Assembly (NCBI GenBank): GCA_964414015.1
Contig: CAYPUE010000001.1
Span: forward strand, 8,893 to 72,892
Source of the DNA: an uncultured Gammaproteobacteria bacterium
GTDB lineage: Bacteria > Patescibacteriota > Microgenomatia > Levybacterales > UBA12049
Direction of reading: 5' to 3'
DNA length: 64,000 bases
Positions 27,461 to 37,440 of the stretch are shown piece after piece. Position 1 is the stretch's first letter; each line of letters opens with the position of its first letter. The translations under genes and the position numbers were made by a program. A model generated the notes under the pieces. The model was given only the letters and a program-made list of their open reading frames with translations, was not told the DNA's origin and did no database searches.

Positions 27461-28455
27461 TTTGAGTTTTGAGTTTTGAGATTTGAGATTTGTTTGTGCC
27501 ATTTAAAGGCTGTCTTAACAATTGTTTCAATATCTGAATATTGAGGCTTAAATCCTAATTCCGTATTAATTGCCGTAGGGTCAGCTACTAATCTTTCTGC
27601 ATCTCCGGGTCTTCTTGGTGCAATTTTCATTTTAAAATCAATGCCGCTTACTTTTTTTACCATATCTATAACCTCTTTATTAGAATATCCTTTTCCCGTA
27701 CCTGCATTATAGAAAAATCCTCCTTTATTTTTTTGTAATTTCTCAAGAGCCAACACGTGTGCTTCTGCTAAATCCAACACGTGAATATAATCCCTAATGC
27801 AGGTACCATCCTTAGTTTTGTAATCATCCCCATATAATATAAATTCTGATTTATCTATTGCAGATATTATTGCATTTGGAATTATATGAGTCTCGGGATT
27901 ATGATTTTCCCCCATTTTACCGTCCAAAGAGGCACCTGCGGCATTAAAATAGCGAAGACTGACAAAGCTTAATCCATAAATTTCTCTATACCAAGAAAGG
28001 GTTTTTTCAACCATTAGCTTACTTTCTCCGTATGGATTTGTAGGATTTTTTGGATGAATTTCCGGAATTGGAACCTGTATTGGGTTTCCGTATACTCCGG
28101 CTGTTGATGAAAAAATGATTGGAATGGGATTCTTGCTTTTTGACGCCTCATCTATCATGTTTAATGCTGCTAATAAATTATTCTGAAAGTAAATGTAAGG
28201 ATTTTCCATGGACTCTGCCATTGAGATATAACCTGCAAAATGAATAATTCCCTCAAATTCATTTTTCAAAAATAGGCTGGAAACAAAATCTCTTTTATTC
28301 AAATCGCCAATAATAAATTCTGCTCTGCTATCAACTGAATCTTTGCGGCCCCTGGAAAGATTATCAACGACCACGACTTGATAGCCTTTTTCCAAAAGTA
28401 GAGTCGTCATGAAACTGCCAATATAGCCTGCCCCTCCCGTTACTAAAATCTTCAT
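27457..28455 (-). CDS. galE: UDP-glucose 4-epimerase
   Basis: TGGAGYIGS, HFAG...ES, FSSTA.VYG, NPYGESK, LRYFNAAG, DGTCIRDYIHV.DLA.AH, RRPGD. Confidence 0.95.
   Translation of the reverse strand: MKILVTGGAGYIGSFMTTLLLEKGYQVVVVDNLSRGRKDSVDSRAEFIIGDLNKRDFVSSLFLKNEFEGIIHFAGYISMAESMENPYIYFQNNLLAALNMIDEASKSKNPIPIIFSSTAGVYGNPIQVPIPEIHPKNPTNPYGESKLMVEKTLSWYREIYGLSFVSLRYFNAAGASLDGKMGENHNPETHIIPNAIISAIDKSEFILYGDDYKTKDGTCIRDYIHVLDLAEAHVLALEKLQKNKGGFFYNAGTGKGYSNKEVIDMVKKVSGIDFKMKIAPRRPGDAERLVADPTAINTELGFKPQYSDIETIVKTAFKWHKQISNLKTQNSK
27460..27492. repeat. Heptamer tandem array WTTTGAG x4.7 at the galE 3' end
   Basis: ttttgag ttttgag ttttgag atttgag atttg; encodes QISNLKTQNSK. Confidence 0.85.
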
Positions 28456-28464
28456 AGGCTAATT

Positions 28465-29229
28465 TTATTCTTTGATGTATTTTAGATATGAAACCGGAAA
28501 TCTTAAAGCCGAGAAAAAAGCAAATACGAATCCTTGCCAACTGTCCATAAACCCCTTATGCCGTATATATGATGTAAAAAACCACCATGCTGGAAGTATC
28601 AAGATATATTTTAGCATAGTTAAGGAGTCTTTCCCTAGTTTTTTGTCTTCATATTGTTTAGAGATGAAATCCGTATATCTTTTGAATCGCGTTAAATAAC
28701 GAGAGAAAGTTGGGTCAGCCACATGAATAAGCGGATTAGCTAGATACCCTATCTTTCCTTCGACAACCGCTTGTTCATGAACGTCTTTTTGGGGAAGTTT
28801 TCCTTTCCCTCTCTTATATAGCCTTAAAGTGTAATCGGGATACGCCCCTCCTTTCATTAAAAATCTTCCTAAAAACCAATTTTTTCTAGGAATCCAATAG
28901 CCATTCACATCGTCATTTTTGCTATTTGAGATTTGATTTTTGATTTCACTGCGAAGCGATGGCGTAACTCGTTCATCCGCATCAAGCTGCAAAACCCAAT
29001 CTTTAGATGCCATATCTATTGCTTTCTGTTTATTAATATGAAAATTAGGCTTATTAGTAGTTATTTTTACTTTAGCGCCAAATTTTCTGGCAATTTCCAC
29101 AGTTTTATCAGCAGAAGTTCCATCAACTACGATAATTTCATCCGCTATATCTTTTACGCTTTCTAAAGCAGCTCCAAGGTTTTCCTCCTCGTTAAAAGTA
29201 GCCAGAACAACAGAAAGAGTTTTACTCAT
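28465..29229 (-). CDS. GT2, KdtX/WaaE/LgtF-like
   Basis: NEE, VVDG.S.D.T, LDADE, GYWIPRKN.F.G, DY.LRL, VHE. Confidence 0.88.
   Translation of the reverse strand: MSKTLSVVLATFNEEENLGAALESVKDIADEIIVVDGTSADKTVEIARKFGAKVKITTNKPNFHINKQKAIDMASKDWVLQLDADERVTPSLRSEIKNQISNSKNDDVNGYWIPRKNWFLGRFLMKGGAYPDYTLRLYKRGKGKLPQKDVHEQAVVEGKIGYLANPLIHVADPTFSRYLTRFKRYTDFISKQYEDKKLGKDSLTMLKYILILPAWWFFTSYIRHKGFMDSWQGFVFAFFSALRFPVSYLKYIKE
28917..28944. repeat. In-frame heptamer array WTTTGAK x4
   Basis: ttttgct atttgag atttgat ttttgat; encodes IKNQISNSK. Confidence 0.6.
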
Positions 29230-29241
29230 AAGATGATAATA

Positions 29242-30894
29242 CTAGGAAAGCTTTGGTTTTACAAACTTAAAAACCAAAAGAGAAACGGTAACAAAAAGCG
29301 CAGCGAAAGAAATAATGTCTGATATCAATCTTAGCTTAGTTTCTTTATATTCTGCTTCAACCAGATAATTTCCTTTAGTTAAGTTAAAAGTCATAATCCC
29401 TCTATACTGCATATTCTGAAATTCTAGATAAAGAGGCTTTCCATTTGCTTTTATTTCCCAGCCTGGAAAATACAGGGTATTTTCTCCAAACAGAGCATTC
29501 TTATTAACTTGTACTTGATATTTATGATAAGTTGATTTCCTATCAAGTTCTTTTATTTTTGCGTCTCCGTCAATTACTTCAAGGTATGCTTTTGGCCTTT
29601 TTTCCATAAATCTTACAGACCATATGGGAGCGCTCTCCCCTGTATCCGTAGTGCTATCGTAGATGCCGCTATAAAAACTCTCTTCTTTTTGCAAAAATCC
29701 ATTTGCATGCCAATAATCTTTATTTACAAATAATAGAACTGCAACAAATATTAATAACGCTGCCTTTTTATATTTACTTGAAACTACGGATAATAAAATT
29801 CCTCCCATCAATGCGCTTAAAAAGACTGTAACGGAAAGAAACCTCCAGGGAAACTGAAACTTTTGAAGAGTTGTAATTGTCTGCCAAATTGGATTGGAAG
29901 AAGAGGTCATTAGGAATAGTGTTGCCCAAAAAATAATAAAGCTTCCCAAACATATAATCCATAGCTTATTTCTTTTTTTATATAAATAATACGCTGCAAT
30001 AATACTACCAACTACACCTATCCAGTGAATAATTCCTATTTGCTTGCTAAGAGCTATTGTCCCTCCATAACTCCATGGTGAAAGGAAAAAATCCTTCCAC
30101 GCTACAAAACTCCTTGTGTATTCCCCTCCTCCCGTAACAATGTCCCTAAGGGTATACTTTCCTTCTATCAATGCTGGTATCCAGAAGAAAGCGGATAACC
30201 CAAACCCAAGAAGTATTAAGTAAAAAGAGTTAAGTATAAAGTATTTTTTATTGGAGTACTGAAAAATTAGATAAAAAATGTATATCAGTATCAAGGGCAG
30301 AAACATAAGTGTTATTGCATTATGAGACAGGATAAGACCGGCCAATGAAAGCGATCCTCCCAATATCTGCCAATAGGAAAAATTTTTCGCAAGTTTAGTC
30401 AGGAAATAAAAGATAAGGGGCGGGAAAATAAATGCAACATGCTCACCAATAGCCCCACGGACATATAAATCAACAAATCTATAGGGAGCAATTATATAAA
30501 GCGCGCTTGCAAAAAATGCTGCTTTATCATCATTTAGTAATTCTTTAATAAAAAGGTACATTACTAGACCGCTTAGAACAAATGATGTACCAAAAACCAA
30601 CTTTACACTATCAACTAATGTAAATCCAAAAAAATGAAATAATGAAGCTAAATATGAGGGTAAAGGATAAAGAAATTCCAATATGGGGTGCCCGTATCCC
30701 CAGTTAAGATTACCCGCCCACCTTGGAATAATATTTCCTTCTTTTAGATTTTGATAAAAATTGGCAATTCTTGCAACATGATCTTGTCCATCATGAGTAA
30801 TCGGCAATCCCGAATAGAAAAAATCCAAAAGAGGAATAACTGATAATATGGTGAGTAAAAATAAAATTACTAATTTAGATTTAAAAATTTTCAC
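29242..30894 (-). CDS. GT-C membrane protein ('PTPS-related'/YfhO-like subfamily)
   Basis: THDG..H.AR, PRW, GYG.P, YVRGAIGE, SHN, FWIPA, FQFPWRF, YFPGW; GTG start. Confidence 0.8.
   Translation of the reverse strand: MKIFKSKLVILFLLTILSVIPLLDFFYSGLPITHDGQDHVARIANFYQNLKEGNIIPRWAGNLNWGYGHPILEFLYPLPSYLASLFHFFGFTLVDSVKLVFGTSFVLSGLVMYLFIKELLNDDKAAFFASALYIIAPYRFVDLYVRGAIGEHVAFIFPPLIFYFLTKLAKNFSYWQILGGSLSLAGLILSHNAITLMFLPLILIYIFYLIFQYSNKKYFILNSFYLILLGFGLSAFFWIPALIEGKYTLRDIVTGGGEYTRSFVAWKDFFLSPWSYGGTIALSKQIGIIHWIGVVGSIIAAYYLYKKRNKLWIICLGSFIIFWATLFLMTSSSNPIWQTITTLQKFQFPWRFLSVTVFLSALMGGILLSVVSSKYKKAALLIFVAVLLFVNKDYWHANGFLQKEESFYSGIYDSTTDTGESAPIWSVRFMEKRPKAYLEVIDGDAKIKELDRKSTYHKYQVQVNKNALFGENTLYFPGWEIKANGKPLYLEFQNMQYRGIMTFNLTKGNYLVEAEYKETKLRLISDIISFAALFVTVSLLVFKFVKPKLS
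30211..30245. repeat. In-frame heptamer array AAGTATT-like x5
   Basis: aagtatt aagtaaa aagagtt aagtata aagtatt; encodes KYFILNSFYLIL. Confidence 0.6.
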
Positions 30895-30902
30895 ATTTTA
30901 TA

Positions 30903-32567
30903 TTATAGTCCATTAACAACTCTTATTCCTGTTTCATTATTTAAATATCTGCCGATAAAAAGAGTTTTTATATTCCGTGGAAAATCATCGGGATTACCAA
31001 CATAAAGCGTTGTTTTGTTCTTCTGTTCTTTGCTCCAATTTATCGGCCTAAACTCAAATTTGGAAAATGCGTGCTCTTCTGCAAATCCTCCTGATTTTGT
31101 CCCGCCCTGCATCTGATAAACAGACGAGTCATACTTAGAATAGAAAAGGAAAAACATATACGACTGGTATAAATTATCTTTGTTGGAAAAAATAATTTTA
31201 TCGTAGGCATTTTGATTCTTTACGACGAAAGGGATAGTTTTGGATAAAGCATATTGAAAAGACTGCGATTGATTTTTGGAAAAAACAAAAAAATATTGCT
31301 GATAAAAATATCGTAATGATAAAATACCAACAATAAACAGTAAAAGGTAAAAAATAGATAAAATGTAAGCTTTAAATCTCACCTTTGCGATAAATTGGAC
31401 AGTAGCAAAAATTCCTAAAGAGGAAAGTATCTGCGGAACAGGCAATGTGTTGTATGCACGCATAGCATGTGGGGCCCCTGTAGTTAAAGAAGGAGCAACG
31501 AAAGAAGCAGTAAGCCATAGTATAATAATAGTCTTAATCTTTTTATCAAACTTCCCCAAAAGCAAAAAAATTACTCCTAAGAGCATAAAAGGGAACTCCC
31601 ACCAGTATAAAAGTCCTATTCCCGGAGCCTTAAAGCTTTCATTGCCGCTATTGCCAAAAATAAACTGTGGGTTTAGATGAGAGAAATAATTCCCAAGAAA
31701 TATTCTAATTGGAACTAAACGTCTGTTGTAAAAAATCTCTCCAACGATATTGCCTTCTTTTTTATATTGCAATACTTTATCAGCACTAATCCCATATGCC
31801 TTACTATTGTTAAATGCTGATGTGCCCTTAAAACGTAAAAGCCCTTGAGGAGTTAAAGTAACTAAAAATATTGGCAAAATAAATAAAATCCCTAAAATTA
31901 ATGATGTAAATACTTTTTGTTTCATTTTTAAAAAATGTTTTCTGAAGATATATAAAAAAACAAGTAAAATTAACGGGGCAAATATTTTTTCACTTTGATA
32001 AGTATAAAAAGATAATCCGAAAAATAAAGTTGAGATTAATAAGAAAAATTTATTTGGGGGATTATTGATTGCTTTGAGCAGGAATAAAACGGCAAGGACA
32101 ACAGAGGTCAAACCTGCATTTACCTCATGTCCAAGCCGTGAAATATAAATGTGCCACGGGGAAATTGCCAGAAGAAACGAAGAAAGCATAGCGATTGTTT
32201 CATTGCTAAATTGTTTAATTGTTGAATTCTTGAATAGCTCTTTTACCAAAAAATATGTAGATACAACTGTTAAAACTGACAGTATAACCGAAGGCAAACG
32301 AACTGCCAGCACATTAAGGCCAAATAGCTTTATAAATGGAATTACCAAATACACATATAAAGCAGGTCGCCAATCATCGTATGCACGAAGAAGTATTGGA
32401 AATTTCGTCCCATATTCATCAGCGCCCGTCTTTAAAATAGAATAAGCATTATAGCCAATCGATGCTTCATCAAGTGAAGCGGTGGGCGGAACATTGGTTA
32501 ATTGATAAAACCGTAAAAAAATCGCTAATAAAATAATTCCTAAAAAAATAATTTTCTTGCTATTCAT
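30903..32567 (-). CDS. GT-C glycosyltransferase, ArnT/PMT_2-like
   Basis: LDEASIGYNAYS...G.DEYG, VRLPS, AISPWH...SR..HE, PHAMR. Confidence 0.85.
   Translation of the reverse strand: MNSKKIIFLGIILLAIFLRFYQLTNVPPTASLDEASIGYNAYSILKTGADEYGTKFPILLRAYDDWRPALYVYLVIPFIKLFGLNVLAVRLPSVILSVLTVVSTYFLVKELFKNSTIKQFSNETIAMLSSFLLAISPWHIYISRLGHEVNAGLTSVVLAVLFLLKAINNPPNKFFLLISTLFFGLSFYTYQSEKIFAPLILLVFLYIFRKHFLKMKQKVFTSLILGILFILPIFLVTLTPQGLLRFKGTSAFNNSKAYGISADKVLQYKKEGNIVGEIFYNRRLVPIRIFLGNYFSHLNPQFIFGNSGNESFKAPGIGLLYWWEFPFMLLGVIFLLLGKFDKKIKTIIILWLTASFVAPSLTTGAPHAMRAYNTLPVPQILSSLGIFATVQFIAKVRFKAYILSIFYLLLFIVGILSLRYFYQQYFFVFSKNQSQSFQYALSKTIPFVVKNQNAYDKIIFSNKDNLYQSYMFFLFYSKYDSSVYQMQGGTKSGGFAEEHAFSKFEFRPINWSKEQKNKTTLYVGNPDDFPRNIKTLFIGRYLNNETGIRVVNGL
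32193..32232. repeat. In-frame octamer array NATTGTTN x5
   Basis: gattgttt cattgcta aattgttt aattgttg aattcttg; encodes KNSTIKQFSNETI. Confidence 0.7.
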
Positions 32568-34196
32568 CTACTTGACTAATTCTATTGCCGTATTCCCGTC
32601 TGGATAATTTACCCTAGATAAAACATTAGCTGAAACTGGAAAATCGCTTGGCCTACCTATATACAGGGTATCTCCATTTTTATTTTCTTTATTCCAATCA
32701 ATAGGACGAAATTCAAATTTTCCAAATGTATGGTTTTCCCTAAAACCCCCGGATGCATATTGCGCTTCTTTCTGGTATAAGGCAGGAGGATATTGAAGAT
32801 AAAAAAGAAAAAATATATAAGATTGGTCCATTGGGGGCTGATTAGAAACAACTATTTTTTTATAATTACTTTCAATTTTTTTTACCGTCGTAATTGATTT
32901 TTCATAACCATATTGCCATTCTTTTGCATTAAAATAATTCTGTTGCGTAAAATACTGATTAAGATAATATGCAAAGTTAAAAATTAAAGATAAGAAGAGG
33001 ATAATGTATATGGAATATTTAATTCTTGAATTTGAAATTTTTTGTGCAGCGAAAAGCACTCCGATTGCAGTAAATATTTGAAATATCGGTAAGAAATTTA
33101 AAGTCCGTACCGCATGAGGAACTCCGCTTGTTATGGAAGCAGGTATTGGCGCCGCCAGAAACCAAAAGAACAACAGAAGCTTTACCTTTTTATCTAATTT
33201 ACCAAACAATAAAACAAATATACCCACAAAAAGAAAAGGTAAATCCCACAAATATAAAAGGCCCATATTCGGGGCATGATGACGGGCCAAATCACCTGTT
33301 ATAAAAAGCCAATTCAAATCAAAATGTGAGATATAGCCCGATACAACAGCTTTGGCAAAAACTATTCTTCTGTTATCCAAAACAAGGCCTATTAAATCAT
33401 TGTTTTTTTTATCTTCAAGCATCTTTTGCGCATTCTCTTTAAGAAGAGGGGTTGAATCCGCGAACACGCTTACGCCTTTTGCTCTTGCCAATGCCTCTTT
33501 ATTGTCAAAAGTAAAATTAATCATCGGCAAGGAAATTATTGCACCAATAATCAATGCTGCCGCTAAATATTTTTTAGAGATGGAGAAAAGTTGTTGTCTG
33601 AAAACAACAATAAGAATTACAGCTAAAATAGGAGTAAAGACCTTTTCGCTCTGATAAATATAAAAGTTTAAACCCATTAAGGCAGAAGACAATAAAAGAT
33701 AAAACGGCTTTTTAAGACCTTTAAGGAAAAAAAACACAGAAAATATATTAAATGCCATACCAACGCCTGATTCAAAGGCAATTCTTGAAAACTGCAAATG
33801 CCATGGGGAAATTGCCATCAGAAATGATGCAAGAAGAGCTGTTTTTGCGTTGGCGAATAGTTCTTTCACCAAGAAAAAAGTGGCCAAAACAGCCAGGATG
33901 CCAAAAATTACAGCCGGTAAGCGCACTGCATAAATATCAAGTCCTACTAATTTTATAAACGGGATTACGAAATAGGCATATAAAGCCGGCTTGTAATCAT
34001 CAAACGATCTTAAAACTACAGGTGAAAATTTGCCGTATTCGTCCTTACCCGTTTGCATTATCGAATAAGCATTATAACCTAAAGATACTTCGTCCCAATC
34101 GGGAGATAAAGGTACTTTACCTAATTGCCACAATCTTAATGTTGAAGCCAAAACTACAACACCTATAAGCAATATTAATGTAAAATTTTTACTCAT
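32568..34196 (-). CDS. GT-C glycosyltransferase, ArnT/PMT_2-like
   Basis: WDEVSLGYNAYS, DEYG, DYKP, AISPWHLQFSR.AFE, PHAVR, WQYG. Confidence 0.85.
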   Translation of the reverse strand: MSKNFTLILLIGVVVLASTLRLWQLGKVPLSPDWDEVSLGYNAYSIMQTGKDEYGKFSPVVLRSFDDYKPALYAYFVIPFIKLVGLDIYAVRLPAVIFGILAVLATFFLVKELFANAKTALLASFLMAISPWHLQFSRIAFESGVGMAFNIFSVFFFLKGLKKPFYLLLSSALMGLNFYIYQSEKVFTPILAVILIVVFRQQLFSISKKYLAAALIIGAIISLPMINFTFDNKEALARAKGVSVFADSTPLLKENAQKMLEDKKNNDLIGLVLDNRRIVFAKAVVSGYISHFDLNWLFITGDLARHHAPNMGLLYLWDLPFLFVGIFVLLFGKLDKKVKLLLFFWFLAAPIPASITSGVPHAVRTLNFLPIFQIFTAIGVLFAAQKISNSRIKYSIYIILFLSLIFNFAYYLNQYFTQQNYFNAKEWQYGYEKSITTVKKIESNYKKIVVSNQPPMDQSYIFFLFYLQYPPALYQKEAQYASGGFRENHTFGKFEFRPIDWNKENKNGDTLYIGRPSDFPVSANVLSRVNYPDGNTAIELVK

Positions 34197-35833
34197 AACG
34201 TATATGCTACGAGAGCCTTATCTCCATTTAGCAAATAAAAGGTTTTAAGCACATTTGCTTTGTTAGAAACTCCATTCGGGATATCGATGTAAAGAACTTT
34301 CTTGTTTTTGTTGTTGATATCGGACAGGTTCTTTGCAAATCTGTATTTATCAAAACCATTGATGTTAACAAATCCAAAAACTTCTCTCTGTATACTAGCC
34401 TCTTGCCTGTAATCTTTCGGATTCTTCTTTGTATAAAATACATAATAGATATAAGGCCTGCCTAACGCCATCGTAATGTTAATCTGATCAAAATTATCTT
34501 TTTGGTTTTCTGCATAACTTATGGAATCTTTATATCCGTACTGCCACTCACCGGAAAATTCCCTAGGATAATGAACCAGATAATCACGGTAGAAATACAT
34601 AAAATTTATAAATAAAACAACTGCTAGTATAGATATTGCAAATTTTTTGTATTTCTTAAGTAAATTTATGGCTGTTAAAAATCCTATTGCTATAAAAATT
34701 TGAAATGTAGGCAGTACCGTCTCTATCCTAAGGGCATGCGGAGTTTCCCGTGCCGTAGCAGCAGGCACTATTCCCAACATTAGCCATAATGGCACAATCC
34801 ACCAGTACCCTTCTCTCTTCTTAAGCAAAAATAAAATACCTATTATAAAAAAGGGCAGATCCCATAAGTACATCTCTCCAACTATTTGTGTCGAAAATTT
34901 AGGATTACCGTCTCCTTTAATAAACAAAAAGTTGGGATTTAGATTATCAAAATAATGCCGCAGATATTCAGCGCCGTAAGCCAAACGCCTATTGTGAATT
35001 ATTTTTGACCAAAGAGAATTATTGTCATTGGCTATTTGCTGATTTGCGGATACAACAACTCCAATTTCGGAAAAAATATTTACTTCTTTAAAGCGTAAGC
35101 TTGCTTGCGGAGACAGTAAAAATTTCAAAGTAGGAAGCAGCATCAACACTCCTATGATTATCGCCATTAAAACCTGCATCTTTTCCTTAAAGAGCGTTTT
35201 CCAAAATCCTATACCCAACATTAAAACAATAAGAGGAACAACAACTCTTGCCGTATTAAATGTATATATTGATAAGGCAAAAGATGTTGCAGAAAATAAT
35301 AGATACCATTTTTTTTCTTGGACTCCTCCTAAAAATAGCCATATTCCTGTAATTATAAAAAACGTAGCAATATTTGCTTCAAATGCAGCGCGTGAAAGCA
35401 TAATGTGCCATGGGGAAATTGCCAGGATAAATGAGGTTAAAATAGCGTAAATATTAGCATTGTTAGATTTATAAAATATTCTTTTAACCAAAAAGTAGGT
35501 TATAAAAACCGTTAAGACGCCAAAAAGCGCTGATGGGAATCTCGTAGCAAATTCCGTAAGTCCAAAAATTTTAACAGGGATTATATCTAGATATGCATAA
35601 ACTGGAGGCTTGAAGTCCCCAAAAGATTCCAGATAATCAAGAGGCAAAAATCTGCCAAATTCATCTTTGCCGTCAATCCCAAGCGAATAAGCATTATATC
35701 CCCACGCGGCTTCATCCCAAGTTAAAGACGGAGGATTACTTCCAAGCTGATAAAACCTTAAAAAGAAAGCAATAATTAATATGAAAAATAGATACGCTGT
35801 ATTTCTAAAGTTTAGCATTAATTCACCAACCAA
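34193..35833 (-). CDS. GT-C glycosyltransferase, ArnT/PMT_2-like
   Basis: WDEAAWGYNAYS, DEFG, DFKPP, AISPWH..LSR.AFE, PHALR, WQYG; start is TTG 35833 or ATG 35818. Confidence 0.85.
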   Translation of the reverse strand: MVGELMLNFRNTAYLFFILIIAFFLRFYQLGSNPPSLTWDEAAWGYNAYSLGIDGKDEFGRFLPLDYLESFGDFKPPVYAYLDIIPVKIFGLTEFATRFPSALFGVLTVFITYFLVKRIFYKSNNANIYAILTSFILAISPWHIMLSRAAFEANIATFFIITGIWLFLGGVQEKKWYLLFSATSFALSIYTFNTARVVVPLIVLMLGIGFWKTLFKEKMQVLMAIIIGVLMLLPTLKFLLSPQASLRFKEVNIFSEIGVVVSANQQIANDNNSLWSKIIHNRRLAYGAEYLRHYFDNLNPNFLFIKGDGNPKFSTQIVGEMYLWDLPFFIIGILFLLKKREGYWWIVPLWLMLGIVPAATARETPHALRIETVLPTFQIFIAIGFLTAINLLKKYKKFAISILAVVLFINFMYFYRDYLVHYPREFSGEWQYGYKDSISYAENQKDNFDQINITMALGRPYIYYVFYTKKNPKDYRQEASIQREVFGFVNINGFDKYRFAKNLSDINNKNKKVLYIDIPNGVSNKANVLKTFYLLNGDKALVAYTL

Positions 35834-35838
35834 TATTA

Positions 35839-35862
35839 ATTATAACGCAAAATGTATATACT
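35839..35862. promoter_or_regulatory. Candidate divergent -10 boxes in a 41-nt gap
   Basis: Minus-strand TATAAT at 35844-35839; plus-strand TATACT at 35857-35862. Confidence 0.4.
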
Positions 35863-35874
35863 ATACCAGTAAGT

Positions 35875-37419
35875 ATGGTTTTATCTAAAATCAAACCGTT
35901 CTATCTTTTTCTTTTGGTCGTTTTCTTGTCTTTAATTTTTCGAATAACTAATCTTGATCTTATAGAATTTAAGATTGACGAAGCGAGTAACTTACTTTTG
36001 GCAACCAGACTAATGTTTGGGCATCCTTTGCCGTATGGAGGAATTACCTCAAGCGTAGGCATTCTCAATCCTCCTTTATTCAACTACCTTTTAATCCCGC
36101 TTACTCTAATTTCCTTGGACCCTAAAGTAATCGTAGCCATTATCGCACTTATAAACTCTTTAACAATTGGATTATTATTCTTAATAATCAAAAGATACTA
36201 CACGACAGTTCTTGCTTTCATTACGAGCCTTATTTTGGCATTCTCACCGTGGTTAATTATTTTTTCAAGAAAAATCTGGCCTCCTGATTTAATCCTTCCT
36301 TTTTCCGTATTGCTTTTTCTAAGCATCCATAAAATAATTATTGAGAAAAAAACAGTTTTCTGGATTCCTTTTGTTTTGCTTTCTTTATTTTTTATACAGC
36401 TAGATTTATCATCTGTATTTTTTGTATTTTTAATATCTGTGTTGCTAGTTGCTCAAAAGCCTAAAATTAATTGGAAATATATATTCATTGGGTTCTTATT
36501 GGGAATACTTCCTGCAATTCCTTATTTTATCTATGAGATCAAAAATAATTGTCCGGATTGCATTCTTCTAGTAACTATTAATAAACAACTTGGATCAAGT
36601 AATTTCGAAGTTCTATTGAAACCTTTACAAATAATAAGCCAAGGAAATTTTAACTTTCTTTTAGGGAATGATATTATTACTTTCTCCAAACAGTTCCCTA
36701 TCGTATTTAAGCTAAAGGCATTATTCTATATAGAATATCTCTTTATACCAATAGGTGCATTTTTGTTTTGGAAAAAATATAAAACATTAAGTTTTTTAGC
36801 TTATGCCGCAGTCGGATTACCCTTATTGTATTTCATTTTTCGTCTCCGGCCATACATGCATTATTTTATAATTCTGGTTCCCTTTTTATCCATTTTTCTG
36901 TCAACCACACTTGATTATTTAATGCAATCTAAGAACCGTGCGTTACGTTACACAACAATAATTGTATTTATATCTTTAATTGCTTATTCTATAGTCTTTA
37001 ATCTATCTTTTTTTCAAATTATAAGAAAACAGAACGGACTTAGTGGAGATTATGGAGCATCATTCAATAAAACTTTACCTTACGTAGAACAGCAAATTAC
37101 AAAATATAAAAATCAAAAAGATTATCAGGAAATATTATTATCTTCCTACATTGATGTCTCTGCAATGCGCGGCGTATCTCCTTTTGCCGTAATGATTTAT
37201 CCGCCGAAGGAAACAGCAAGAAATTTAAAAGCTATAGAAGAAAAGCTAAAAAATGATTCCAATGATCCAAGAATATTCCAGGAGCTTATGGTGTATTACA
37301 CTTCGCAAAAAATAACCAGACCTTATGTTGATTATATTAAGAAGAAAATTACCATATCCCCTGTTTATGAAATAATCTACAACGAAGTAAACCATTTATA
37401 TAACGCTAGCCGGTACTAA
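35875..37419 (+). CDS. GT-C glycosyltransferase (divergent ArnT/PMT_2-like), opposite strand to its neighbours
   Basis: FRI...IDEA, NPPLFNY, FSPW...SRKIW, YMHYF; multi-TM. Confidence 0.75.
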   Translation: MVLSKIKPFYLFLLVVFLSLIFRITNLDLIEFKIDEASNLLLATRLMFGHPLPYGGITSSVGILNPPLFNYLLIPLTLISLDPKVIVAIIALINSLTIGLLFLIIKRYYTTVLAFITSLILAFSPWLIIFSRKIWPPDLILPFSVLLFLSIHKIIIEKKTVFWIPFVLLSLFFIQLDLSSVFFVFLISVLLVAQKPKINWKYIFIGFLLGILPAIPYFIYEIKNNCPDCILLVTINKQLGSSNFEVLLKPLQIISQGNFNFLLGNDIITFSKQFPIVFKLKALFYIEYLFIPIGAFLFWKKYKTLSFLAYAAVGLPLLYFIFRLRPYMHYFIILVPFLSIFLSTTLDYLMQSKNRALRYTTIIVFISLIAYSIVFNLSFFQIIRKQNGLSGDYGASFNKTLPYVEQQITKYKNQKDYQEILLSSYIDVSAMRGVSPFAVMIYPPKETARNLKAIEEKLKNDSNDPRIFQELMVYYTSQKITRPYVDYIKKKITISPVYEIIYNEVNHLYNASRY

Positions 37420-37440
37420 CTAAATAAAAAAAGGCAAACA

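Noticed and set aside
31339-33045. Possible degenerate heptamer arrays at about 31339-31366 (YILSIFYLLL) and about 33003-33045 (KISNSRIKYSIY)
   Set aside because: The peptides resemble repeat-derived ones, but the DNA periodicity is too decayed to call by eye.
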